Below are positions 22,401-35,600 of a stretch of 64,000 nt of DNA, in pieces. The translations under genes and the position numbers were made by a program. The notes below the pieces were generated by a model. The model ran no database searches. It worked only from the letters and a program-made list of their open reading frames with translations, and had not been told where the DNA came from. This DNA comes from Azolla caroliniana (taxonomy: Eukaryota > Plantae > Polypodiophyta). Every line of letters starts with the position of its first letter. The first letter of the stretch is position 1. The stretch spans positions 18,166,001 to 18,230,000 of the forward strand of contig JBHGNT010000004.1 of the NCBI GenBank assembly GCA_043228905.1, read 5' to 3'.

Positions 22401-25297
22401 TGCTTAACTGGAATGATTCCGGACTCTCATATTGAGTCCCGGCTTCATCTTTCTCTACCTAGGGCGGTTCAGGCTCACTAACCCCATCCTCCGACATCGG
22501 GTTGGGATCGGAAGTTGGAGTTGGTAAGGAATACCACGATGCCGATTCATCAAACTCGACATCTCGGCTGACTCAGACCTGCTTCGTCCGAGGGTTATAA
22601 TCCTTATACCCCTTTTGCTCTTGAGCATAGCTAACTAGGATGCATTTTTCCGATTTTGCATCCAGCTTTCTCCGCTTCTCATCCGGCACATGTACATAGG
22701 CTATGCTGCCGAATATCCGAAGGTGTCTCAAATTCGGCTTGCGCCCGAAATACAGCTCGTGAGCTGACACCTTGTCCCCGATCCCGTTCTGGATGTAAAT
22801 GGCCGTTTGGACCTCCTCCGCCTAGTAGAACTTGGGCATGCTCTTTTCCTCTAGCATTGCCCTAGCCGCGTCAATTAGCGACCGATTCTTCCTTTCGGCC
22901 ACACCGTTCTGTTGCGGTGTGTATCTGCAGTTGAATTCTCGTCGAATTCCTTTTTGTTGCAGATAGCTGTTGAATTGGCCAGAAAAATACCCTTTTCCGC
23001 CATCCGACCGTAGGCATTTGATCTTCCTCTCCGATTCCCGTTCCACCATCTTCTGGAGGCTCCGGAAACACTCGAAGACTTCGCTCTTCCGCTCAATGAG
23101 GTAGATCCATGTATGCCACCTGTAGTCGTCGATGAAGGAGACGAAATATCGACTCCCGCCAATGCTAACATTTTGTGCCGGTCCCCACACATCCAAATGG
23201 ATAAGATCGAGCTTGTTACGACTTCAATTTCTTTCGGTGGGGAATGGAAGCCGGTGTTGCTTCCCGAGTTGGCAGGCTTCACAAATTTGGGCTCTCCGAC
23301 CGCTAAACTTTGGCAAACCGAAAACGACTTGTTCCGTTTGCAGGTCTTGAAGCCTCTCGTAGTTGACGTGGCCGATCTGCTTGTGCCACAGGTCGATATC
23401 CGACTTGACCTTCTGTCCTTTGGCGAACAGTGCGGTGCCGACGTCATTGGTGTTGAGGATAAACATCCTCCCATCTCTGCGCCCTTGCGCAATAACTTCA
23501 CCCTCATCCTCAATGAAGCACCCGAGGTGCGTAAACTGCACCTGCATCCCTTGGTCGACGATCTGTCTGACCGACACTAGGTTCTTCGTGATCGTCGGAA
23601 CATGTAATACATTCATCAACTTCCCCTTCTATCCGACGTAGCTCAAAGGGACTTCTCCGACGTGCACGATCGGGTGGGGAGTGTCGTCTCCGGTTTCGAC
23701 AACTCCCGGTTGATCCGGCTTCTCCAAAAAAGAGAACCACTCCTCGTGGCTCGTCATGTGGTTTGATGCGCCAGAGTCAACGTACCACACTTCCTCCGAT
23801 TTGGAAGTGGTCTTCTTCATTGAGTTTGCCTTGTGCTTCATCACCAACGTTGGCCCCTTACCGTTCTTGGATCCTCCTGATCCGTTTGCGTAGTGCGAGC
23901 TTGGTCGTCCTTCCTTACCGGTCTTGCCGGATCTGGATTTGTCTGAATCGGCACGCTTTCTCCAGCACTCGCTTTCCCTGTGGCCCTTTTTGCCACAGTA
24001 CCAGCATTCCGTAGCGGATTTGTCTTGTCGGCCTCCGGCACCACCTTGACTCCCTCTGCTTGTGGAAGTCCCGGAACTGTTGTCGGGACGCTCACTATGC
24101 CCCCGTTCCTGCTCTTGCCGGCCGCCTCCATTGCGTGCTGACCTGCCTCGTCCACCACGCCCGCGGGACCGATCCGCTCTCGTGTACAACATCCGGCTGT
24201 CTGGGGATGCACTGGTAGATGCACCGGGGTGGTTCTCCTCTACAAGGAGCATCGATTGTAAGTCGAAAAATGAGGGTGTATTCTCCCTTGTACAAACCGC
24301 AGTCCGGAAAGCTCCGAACTTGGACGCCAGGCCTCCAAGACAGACCTGCACCATCTCGTCTTCCTCTACGGTGACGTTAATAGAGGCAAGCGAGTCACAA
24401 ATCCCTTTGATCCGGTCTGTGTAATCTGCCACCGACATGTTCTTCTGTCGAACATTGCTCAACTCCTGTCTGAGTTGCAGCTTCCGGGCAGTGGTGCTTG
24501 CGGCGAAGACCTTTTTCAAGTTTCCCCAAGCATCCTTTGGTGTCTTGGCATCACAGATATGGCTGAGCAGCTGGTCACCAACACTGGATGCGAAGCAGTA
24601 CATCACCCTACTTGCTGCCTGTTCCCACACTGGGAAGTCCTTGTGTGTCGTCTCCGGTGCTTAGTCGTTCACTCCGTCGACATAACTCCAGTAGCCATGC
24701 CCAAGCAGGTACTGGTGCATCTTGTATGACCAAGATGCGTAGTTGGTTCTGTCGAGCTTCTCCACCGGTAACGACATAGCCATACCTCTGTCCATTTCTC
24801 CTTTTTGTGTCTATTTTCCGATCTGTTAGGGTTTCCTTCACAAGCGTAGATGTCTACAGCAGAGGTTCTCAACCCACGCGCTCTGATACCATGTAAAAGA
24901 TTTCTTGCGGAAGCGTTAGAAAGAACAATACACAAAGAGAGAGAGAGAGAGCAAGGCACATTATTTTTCAAAATTATATGAATACTCTGTGCGCTCTGTA
25001 TATTTTTCTACAATTCGCTCATCAACGCTATTTATACAAGTCCACAGGGGACTGTTAGAGGTATGGTGTACTTCAATGCTCACACGAGCATCTGACACTA
25101 ACTACGAGACTATAACTGCCTAGTAGTCTAACCTATACTAGGCTTCCGGTTACGGATTGGATACGGCCTACCGGCTCCCCAGCTCACTGGTCCTTACTGC
25201 TTATCAGCTCGGTTGCTCACCGGCATACCGATTCCTCTCGCTTACCGGCTCAGGCTTATTCAGCCGATCCGGCTCCAGTTGAGCTTGCCGCTCAACA
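19359..25297 (-). mobile_element. Full-length Ty1/copia 'Copia-B' with stops and frameshifts; LTRs 19359-19778 and 24892-25297
   Basis: TSD ACCTT (19354-19358, 25298-25302); TG...CA ends; iMet PBS 24880-24891; PPT 19779-19790; gag CCHC, PR WYVDSGAS, INT, RT YVDD and RH fragments. Confidence 0.95.
19816..24780 (-). pseudogene. Disrupted gag-pol of Copia-B with a long charged C-terminal extension
   Basis: ORF pieces 23629-24630, 23224-23619, 22822-23196, 21394-21987 and 19816-21393. Confidence 0.9.
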
Positions 25298-27941
25298 ACC
25301 TTCATTCCCCATCCGGACACAATCGTGATCTTCGGCTGTGTAGGATGAGAAGCATTTCCGGTTCGGTGTCAGATGGAACGATGCTCCGAAATCGACAACC
25401 CATGTTGTCTCGTTGCCGACAAGGTTTACATCATTCTCCTCTATAATGAGCATCAATTCTTCTTCACTTGTCGCGATCGCCGATGTTCCTCCTCTCTCCG
25501 AAATCTTCTTCGGTTTCGGTCTGTCGGCTCCCCCTTTGGATTTCCGGAAGTGTCGGCAATTCTTTTGGAAATGTCCTGGCTTTCCGCAATAAAAGCAAGT
25601 GGGCCTTCCCCTGGACTTTGACCTCATCCCTGATTTGTCTCGGTTTTGGGGACTCTGATACCAGCCTCTTCCCCGGTTATGGTCATCTTCCGTGACCAAG
25701 GCCTTCGGATAGGTTCCGGACTCCCGGTCCTTTCGGCGAGCTTCTTCATCTAGCAAGCTTGATTTTACCCTTGCTAGGGACAACTGCTTTCCTTCCGACA
25801 TGGTGTTGCCCAAAGTGACAACTAGCGTCTCCCAACTATCCAGGAGGGAATCGAACAGGAGCAATGCAAGTACCTCGTCGGCTTGAGGTACTTCGAGCGA
25901 AGTTGTTTGGTTTATGAGCCCCTAAAATGCGTTCATGTGCTCCGACATGCTAGATCTGTCTTGGTACCTAAGTCTCACTAACTTCCGGAATACTGAAACC
26001 TGATTTACGACGTTTTTACTCTCCAACATGGTGCCGATTTTCTCCAGAGCACATGAGGTTTACTTTCTTCATTGAAGTTGTTATATAGGCTCATGTCGAT
26101 GAAGCACCGGATGTACGCCGTTGTCTTCATGTGCATCACCTCCCATGTCGTGGCATCGATCTTGTCCCGGAACTGTATCGGCAACCAAAGATCTTTTACC
26201 ACGAGCATGTCCCTCATCTTCGACTTCCACACTAGGTAGTTGGAGTCGGTGAGCTTGAACATGCCGCTGAATGATTCTTCCATTCCCTTGTAAGTTCTGA
26301 TACCAGTTTGACGCGGAAATAATGCTCGGCCACAACCGAGTCTTAAAACAGTGAATGGAAGAGAGCAAACTGAAAATAAGATGACACATAATGTTAACGT
26401 GGAAAACCCTAAATGGGAAAAACCACGGGAGCCCACAACTCCAACTATCACTATGAGGGGAGGAATACAATGTGAGACTCAGAGGCAACGACCTCGAGCT
26501 CTATGTCTTCGCCAGTCGACAGTTACAATAGAAACTAGTTCTCTATCTCTAACGCTCACTCGCTTTCTCACAATCTGTGTACAACGATGATACAACCACC
26601 ACTACACCATATTTTTTCCTAAAGTGATTGCCCTAAGTCATATTTATACTTATATTACTTTTGGGCTATTTACAAATATATCCTCAATAGGCTAACCATG
26701 AAACATATTGACAGATATGTCCTTTGATCTGGTTTGCACTGGATCCATCCAGATTCACTTGATCCAGTTTCTGTGTCTCATCTGGAACCCTTCTGGATCC
26801 GGTTCCTTCATCCGACTCGTCCGATCCGGCTCCTCCGGTTCTCATCCAGATCCCATTCGGAGGGACCAAATTCCTAATAGCCATGAGTCATGCCTTGTGT
26901 CTATTGCCCGAGCCGTCATCATTATATTTTACCTTAAAGATCCATCTACAACTGATTGTTTTCTTGTGTGGAGAATGGAGACGAGATCCCATGTCTTGTT
27001 TTGCATAGAGCCTGCATTTCTTCGTTCATATCTTCGATCCATCATGGATCCTTGGCTACCTCGGAAAAAGGTTTACAGTTCTCGGACTGCCGCCACCTTC
27101 ATCATAAAGGCATAATGATATGCCATATACTCATCATAGCCAAATCGGCTGACCGGGTTTTTCTCTCGGATGGAGCGACAGAGCTTCTAGTTTGCAAAGA
27201 CTATGGCTTTCTTTGCTCCAGTCGTCCGGATGATTAGGCTATCAAGGCCTTCGAACTCATTGTCAAGGGAGTGAGTTGACTCGTTGTCGATCGAATCTTC
27301 ATATTCCAACATTTTGGCCTTACCTTTATCTAGCTTTGGACTCACCCGAGATGTGCTTTCGTCACTTGGGGGCTCTTGCAGTTCACTTAGCCTTGTTGTA
27401 ATCGGACTTTCTTTGAACATTTTCCTGAGTCGATCTTCGTTCTCTAGCTCATGGTCGGTCAAATCTGGGTTGAATGTGGTCAGAATTGGAGTCGGTACCA
27501 GTATGCTGACTCGTTGAAAACAACGTCTCGACTCACTCAAACTTTTCGGGTGGATGGATTGTAACATTTGTACCCCTTTTACTCAAGTGAGTACCCTACG
27601 ATGATATATTTCTCTGACTTCGGATCAAGCTTTTGTCGCTTCTAGTTGGGAATGTTTACATATGCGATTGAGCCGAATATCCAAATGTGGGATAAGTCCG
27701 ACTTCTTTCCAAATAACTTCTCGTAAGGGGTGCCATCACGTACCCTAGATGTTGTACATCTATTCATGAGATAAACGATTGTGTTAGCTGCTTCTTCTGC
27801 CCAATACGATTTTGGTTGGTTCTTCTCGTCCATCATTTCCCTTGCCACCTCTACTATGTGCCGATTCTTGCATTCGGCTACTTCGTTTTGTTGAAGTGTG
27901 TGTCAGCATGAGAATTCTCGTCGGATTCCTTCCTTTCGGAG

Positions 27942-30900
27942 TGTAAAGAATCAAATGGATTCTGTGCAGCGAAAGAACTGTGTGTGTGTAGAAAGAGAGA
28001 GAGCTCATGATTATAGAAAATCAGAAAACTGTATTACAAAGGAAGCAAGAATAACCAACAGTTACAAAGAGAGGGAGAAGGTGCTTATGTAGTCACCTTC
28101 TCTCTATGTTCTCTCACTAGTACCGCCTCTTGGGAAAGAGGTCGTGTCTTAACTACTTAAAGGATATGTGTCATAAGACATTAGCTTCTATGACATAGTA
28201 GTTATTATACAAGGAGGTGGGGTGTTCACACACTTGAGTATCCTACAGTGTGTTCCCACTCACGAGAAGTTAAGTTTGATTCTCAACACGCCCCTTCAAA
28301 CACAACTTCTGATCGTTGGATGGTTGGTTTGGATTGGTCTTCGGGGGTATACTCCTAATGCTCCTTACTCCCCCTCAAGCTCAATTGGTCGATGGTCGAA
28401 AGGCCCAAGTTAGTCATGAACTGCCGCAACTTGTTGACTCTCGGGGCCTTAGTAAAGATGTCAGCCGTCTGCAGGTTTGTGCTGAGGTGTTGCAAGTCGA
28501 CATCCCTGACCAGAACATGCGCTCGGATGAAGTGATAGTGCACTTCGATGTGCTAAGTCCGAGCATGGAAGACTAGGTTCCGAGCGTGGTGGATATTGCT
28601 CATGTTGTCTCAGTAGAGGAGAATTGGATCCTTTATGGGAATGCCCCATATCCTTCAAGATTCTCTTGAGCCAAACAGCTTCGCATGCGGCTACGGTCGC
28701 GCCCCTATATTTGGCTTCAGTGCTCGACAGTGCGATTGTTGGTTGTTTCTTGTACTACTCCACAATATGGCGCCACTACCGAGAGAAAAAACAAATATGG
28801 ATGTCGATCGTCGGTCGGCTCTGTAGTCGGCCCTGTCGGCATCGGTATAACCTTCGAGTCGTATCAGTGTGGCCGATTTGTAAAGGATGCCGAAATCCAT
28901 GGTTCCACTCACATACCTTAGCATTGGCTTAGCACAGTCGAGCTGGATGTCTCACGGAGTTTGCATGAATTGGCTAAGGAGGCCGACCGGGTAACTGAGG
29001 TCGGGTCGGGTAATTGTGAGGTAGATCAGGGTTCCGACTAGTTGACGATAGTGCGTCGACTCACACTCTCTAGTGCCTGAGTCGGCATCTAGCTTTAGAT
29101 TTCAATCGAGAGGAGTAGTGTCGGGCTTACATTGTGTCATCCCAAACTTGTAAAGAAGATTCAGGATATAGTGCTTTTGAGAAAGCATGATGCCGTCTGG
29201 AGTCCGAATTACTTCTATTCCTAGAAAGTAATGGAGCTCCTTCATATCAGTCATTTCGAATCGGCCGAAGAGCTTCTTGATGTGCTCAATATCCACTAAA
29301 TGCTCTCCTCCTATGACCAGGTCATCCACATAAATGATGATAAATACCTGTCCTCTGGAGTCGCTTTAGATGAACAGAGAATTGTTGGACTTGGACATGT
29401 TAAAGCCGATGTGATGAAGATATTGCGTTATCTTTGAATGCCATGCTCTTGGTGCCTACTTGAGGCTGTAGAGAGGCTTTTTGAGTCGGCAGACATCAGT
29501 CGGCTATGCAGTCAACATGAATCCGGGTGGTTGTACGATGTACACCTCTTCGTCTAACTCGCCTTGTAGAAAGGTGTTCTTTACGATTATTTGGTGCAAG
29601 CGCAATCACGGTTCGAATTGTGGTCATCTTTGCCATCGGGGCAAAGGTCTCTTCGTAGTTGACACCGTGCGTCTGCGTGTAGCCCTTCGCCAAAAGTCGG
29701 GCCTTGTACCGATGGACAATGTTGTCGGCGTTGTGCTTTACCTTGAAGATCCACCGGCATCCAATTGCCTTTTGGTGGTTTGCAGAAGGGATGAGATCCC
29801 ATGTCTCGTTCTGGGAGAGTGCTTGCATCTCCTCATTCATCGCTTCGACCCATCTAGGGTCCTTCGCGACTTCGGAATAGTTTTCCGGTTCTCGGACTGA
29901 CAACACCTTCATCATGAATGCATAATGATATGCCATGTAGTCGTTGTAGCTGAATAGGCTGACTACATTCTTTTCTCGGGTGGATCGGCGTCGTTCTCCT
30001 GGAGTCCTCATGATGGGCACATCCAATCTACCAAACTCACTATCGAGTAAGTGAGTCGATTCATTTCCAACTGATTCTTTGTACTCAGGCATTTTGGCAT
30101 TTCCTTTGTCCTGTTTTGGACATGGTCGCGATGGGCTATGGTCGCTTGGAGGCTCTTGTGGTCCACTCAACCTGGTTGAGATTGGACTTTCCTCTTATGT
30201 GGGCCTTGCTTGATCATTCTCCTCCGCATCTATGTCGAACTCTGTTTGGACTGTGCCGGATTGGGCTGATTCGATTGTATACCAGGATGTTGATTCGTCG
30301 AATACTACATCCCTACTCACTCGTACCATCTTGGTGGAAGGGTTGAAGCACTTATACCCTTTTTTGCAGGGGTGAGTACCCTACGAGTATACATTTCTCC
30401 AACTTGGGATCGAGCTTCTACTGCTTCTCGTCAAGAATATGTACATATGCAATTGAACTGAATATCTTGACGTGAGATAGGTCCAGTTTCTTCCCATAGA
30501 ACTTTTCATAGGGGGTAACTTCGTGCACTCCTGATGTTGTGCATCGATTCATCAGATAAATGGTCGTATTCGCCGCTTCAACCCAATATGACTTTGACAG
30601 ATGTTTCTCGTTCATCATTGCCGTTGCCACCTCGAGTATGTGTTGATTCTTACGTTCGACTACTCCGTTCTGTTGAGGTGTGTGTCGACAGGTAAACTCC
30701 CGCTGGATTCCTTCTTGTTGAGATATGTTGTAAAGGCGTTGGAGAAGTACTCTTTGCAACCGTCCGATCGAAGGCATCTGAAATGCCAACCGGTTGCCTT
30801 TTTTACTTCATTTTTGAACCTTTGGAAGTGTTTGAACACTTCACTCTTCTGTTTCATAGGGTAGATCCAAGTATGTCTGGAGAAGTCGTCGATGAATGTT

Positions 30901-32373
30901 ACGTAGTATCGGCAACAACTGAATGTTGTCATCTGGGCTGGTCCCCATACATCTGAGTGTATTACATCTAGGATCCCTTTGCTTACGTTCATCTCCTTTA
31001 GGAATGGTTGACGATGTTGTTTGCCAAGTTGACAAGCTTCACACACGCCTACTCTCTCCTTTTCGGTAAAACTCGGAAGTCCGAAGAAGACTCCTTTCGA
31101 CTGCATTCCTCTGAGCTTTTGGAGGTCAATGTGACCAATTCTCTTGTGCCACAACTCTATGTTGGCATCAGCTCTCTAGCCCTTGGCATACATTACTGAG
31201 TTCATCTCGTGAGAGTCGAGGATGAACATCTGCCCTTCTCTCAGAACCCGAGCGATGAGTCATCCTTCTTTTTCGATGAAGCATCCTCCATCGTTGAAGC
31301 GGACTTGCATGGTTTGTTCAACTATCTAGCCAACCGAGACCAAGTTCTTTGTTATTGTAGGAACATGTAGAACATTCTTGATGTAGGTTTGGTTGCTTTC
31401 TTCCCCAAATGGGACATTGCCAATATGCAGAATGGGGTGGATTGTGTCATCCCCAGTTTCCACATAGCCGGGTAATAGAAGTTATGTTTTCGAGGTTGCT
31501 CTAGGTTGTGTCAACCTTGGCCAAATCAACCTCTTCTTCCCCGACCTTGTCCTCTTCCTCCATCGAAGTTCGAATAGCGCATTTGTCCTTGTTGCACATT
31601 GCTTCTTGTTCGGACATGATTCTCCTCGACCAACAACATCGACTGGAGATCGAAGAAGGAGGGAGGATTCTCCCGCGTGAGGACAACTGACCGAATGGCC
31701 CCGAACCGAGGTGCTAAGCCTCCGAGACAAATCTGCACCATTTCATTGTCATCAATGCTAACATTGATCAACTTGAGGGCATCGCATAGCTCCTTGATTT
31801 TCAAGGTGTAGCTGCCGATTAACATGTCCCTCTGTTGTATACCGTTCAACTCTTGACGGAGTTGAAGCTTTCTTGCAGTCGTGTTGGTCGCGAAAATCTT
31901 CTTGAGGTTCCCCCACGCCTCCTTCGGCATTTTGGCCTCTCGGATGTAGTTGTGCATGTGATCATGGACGCATCATGCAAGGCAGTACAACACACGACTC
32001 ACCTCTTGCTCCCAATCTAGGTAGTCGGCATGTGTTGGGTTGGGTTGATTCTTGTTTGCCCCTTCGACATAACTCCAATAACCTTGGACGACAAGGTATT
32101 GGTGCATCTTGTACTCCCAAGATGCAAAGTTGTTTCTATCAAGATTTTCGGTAGGAAGAGAGCTTCCCATCTATGTGTTCATGTTGAGTTTCTTCTTCTT
32201 CTTCTTCTTGATGCGAACTATGTAGATTGCTACTACAACGATCAGTCAGTTATTGTTGAATGTGGAGTCAGGCACAACACACGCAGAGGCGATGGGCTTC
32301 GATCAAGCAACCACGCGCTCTAATACCATGTAAAGAATTGGATGGATAATATGCAGCGGAAGAACTGTGTGTG

Positions 32374-32408
<35 letters not shown>

Positions 32409-32693
32409 CTCATGATTACAGAAAATCAGAAAACTGTATTACAAAGGAAGCAAGAATAACCAACAGTTACGAAGAGAGGGAGAAGGTGCTTATGTATTTA
32501 CCTTCTCTCTAAGTTCTCTCACTAGTACCGTCTCTTGGGAAAGAGGTCATGTCTTAACTACTTAAAGGATATGTGTCATAGGACATTAACTTCTATGACA
32601 CACTAGTTACTATACAAGGAGGTGGGGTGTTCACACACTTGAGTATCCTAGAGTGTGTTCCCACTCACGGGACGTTGAGTTTGATTCTCAACA
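27942..32693 (-). mobile_element. Degenerate full-length Ty1/copia 'Copia-D'; LTRs 27942-28288 and 32329-32693
   Basis: TSD CGGAG (27937-27941, 32694-32698); decayed PBS TGGTATTAGAGC; PPT 28289-28299; fragmented gag-pol closely related to Copia-C. Confidence 0.93.
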
Positions 32694-35600
32694 CGGAGAT
32701 ATGTTGTAAATTCGTCCGAGAAATACTCCTTACCTCCATCCGATCGAAGGCATCGGACATGCCGACTTGTGACTTTTTCGACTTTGTTCTTAAATGTTTG
32801 GAAGTGTCTAAACACTTCACTCTTTTGCCGCATGGGATAGATCTAGGTATGCATGAAGAAGTCATCGATAAACATGACGTAATATCGGCATCCGCCGAAT
32901 GTGGTTGTCTGTGCCGGTCCCCATACATTAGAGTGGACTACGTCCAAGACTCTTTTACTCGCATTCCTCGCTTTTGCGAAGGGATGTCAGATTTGTTTTC
33001 TGAATTGGCATGCCTCGCAAATGTCAGTGCTCTCTTTTTCTACAAAATTCGGGAGTCCGAGGACGACTCCTTGCGCTTGCATGTTCTGAAGCTTCTGAAG
33101 ATTGATGTGGCCGATTCTCTTATGTTATAGTTTCAAGTCGGTTTCGACTTTGAGGCCTTTTGCAAACATAGCCGACTTTACTTCCTTCGACTCAAGAATC
33201 AACATTCAGCCACCTTGTCAACCGTGAGCTATGAATCGATCATCTTTTTCAATGAAACACCCTTCATTGTTTAAACCTCACTTGCATGCCTTGTTCTACT
33301 ATTTGACCGACTGAGACCAGATTTTTCGTGATGGTTGGAACATGCAAGACATTCTTTAGGTAGGTTTTTTTACCGTCGTTCCCGAATGGGACATTTCCTA
33401 TATGCCGAATTGGGTGAGTTGTGTCATCTCCGGTTTCGACATAGTCGGGTCAATCGGGCTTTCTCAACTCTCGGAACCAAGCTTCATGAGACATCATGTG
33501 ATTGGACACTCCAGAGTCTACAAACCATACATCGTTTGAGGAAGAGGTACTACTCGGGCCCTGTGCCGACATCGAATGCGCTTTATGCCTCATTAAGAAC
33601 ATGCCGCCATGATCATCATAATCAAAATTCGTGACATAGTTCGTGAGTTGTCGCCTGGTAGTAGCCAACTCTCGTTTCTTCTTTCGGCACTCCTCTTCGT
33701 AGTGATCGAATTTTCCAAAGTACCCGCATTCGATCATGCTGTTTTGGTGGCTTGGTTTGGCAAGATAGCTCCCCCTTCTACCGAACTCCCTAGGAGTGTT
33801 CCTGGCCTCAGTTGAATTGACCTTTGTTTCCTCGACCGAATCCTCTTCCATCATCTGATTTGGAGTAGAGCATCTGACCATCAAGTGCATTGCTCCTTTG
33901 TTGGACATGATTTTCTTCAACCAACAATATCGATTGAAGACAAAAAAAGGAGGGAAGATTCTCCCTTGCAAGAATGGCCGATCTGATCATGCTCAATCGT
34001 GTTGCTAAGCCCCTGAGGCATATTTGCACAATTTCATCATCATCGATGATGACATTGATCGATCTAAGGGCATCGCACAACTCCTTGATCTTCAAGGTAT
34101 AATTGGTGATTGACAAGTCCCTCTATTGCATATTGTTTAATGTTACCGGCCCAGCCGGCAAAGGAGTCCAGAGTGTGAAACGGGGAGTTATTTAATTAGT
34201 AGGAATGGTTGTAAGTAAGCTATGAGTGTGGACGGACGGACCGGAATCGGTATGCCGTTCCGGATCCGGACCGATCCCGAACAGGTGCGGATGGCACCAT
34301 TTTGTAATACAGTCCGGAAACCTATTTAAAGGCCCGGATACAATGTAATGAACAACGGTTAATTAATAAAGCTTAGTGTTGTTATCTCTCTGTGTTAATT
34401 GCCGTTTTGCATTCATTGTTATATCTTACGCGTGTGAATATTTAGGACGATCATGCTAAGTAACCTAATTAAGTCGGATTAATCGTTGAGTCTAATCCTG
34501 TTGCCGTAACACCCCTTTGGTGAAGTGTCTTCCGTAGACACCCTGTGTTAGGCCATTGTCCGGCCCTAAGAGTTAACACAGTTTTTGGCGACCACGATTC
34601 CTGTTTTTGCAGCAAACGACGGCACGGATGGATGACTAGATCAACGCACGACCTGGTTACAGATCGAACTCGACGCCTTGCCGAAAGGCAAAGGAGACGT
34701 GAGGCTTTCCAGCAAGCGGCGCAGGAAATTAGAGCGGATCACTCGTTTTCCAATGTAATCTGGAGAGTAGCGGAGGAGTCCCTCCGGTTAAAGCAAACAT
34801 CGCACCCGGACGACGACAGCAGCCTAAGCAGCCTCCGGGAAACCGAATCCCTTCTCTAGGCGTTGGCAAGCTGAGAAGGCGAAGTAGAAGCCTTTTCAGC
34901 ATATGAATCGGATTCCGAAGACGGATACAGCGTACACACGAACTACCGTAGCAGTAACGACACACCGGGCGGACCAGAGGACGAAGGATCAGACACCTTA
35001 CCGACACCGAAACCGGAATTGCTGGAACCTCCGGAACCAGTAGAGGAAGAGTGACCTCTGACACCGGAAGTCGAGGAGGAGAGGCCTCCGTCACCAAAAG
35101 AAGAGGAAAGACCACCGACGCCGGAAACAAATCAGGAAAGACCACCGACGCCGGAGAAAAACCAGGAACGACCACCAACACCGCCAGCCCGTGCACCGAT
35201 ACCGGACGACGACATGTTGTTCCAGTACTCCAAGTATAGAGATGATCCGGACGCGGAAGCTCATGTTCACGCCTTTGAACAGACATAGGAAGCAAACCAT
35301 GTGTCACAGCGATTGACCTCGGAAGAAGAGGAACGCTCTAAGATAGCAGAATTTGGCGTCACATTGGAGGGACCGGCAGCGAGATGGCGCCGGACGCAGG
35401 ACCCGTCTACCATCACCACCTTCGCAGATATAAAAGCTAAATTCTTGCATTTTTTCCAAAAGGAGGTGGACTAGACAGTAATGGTGGGCTTATTTTATAC
35501 CATCCGATAGGAGGCAGGGGAGAGCATTCCCCAGTTTGTCATCTGGTTTCAACAGATGCATAGTCAGCTTGCCCGCGCACCCCCGGAGGAGGAATTACGG

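Larger units (their letters stand above)
18014..26879 (-). mobile_element. Ty1/copia 'Copia-A' (Tnt1/Tork-like), internally deleted; LTRs 18014-18541 and 26309-26879
   Basis: Paired diverged LTRs; PBS TGGTATCAGAAC at 26294-26305; PPT 18544-18555; decayed TSD GCTAC/GCCAT; gag-PR 25299-26283; RT end and RNase H 18552-19320. Confidence 0.88.
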
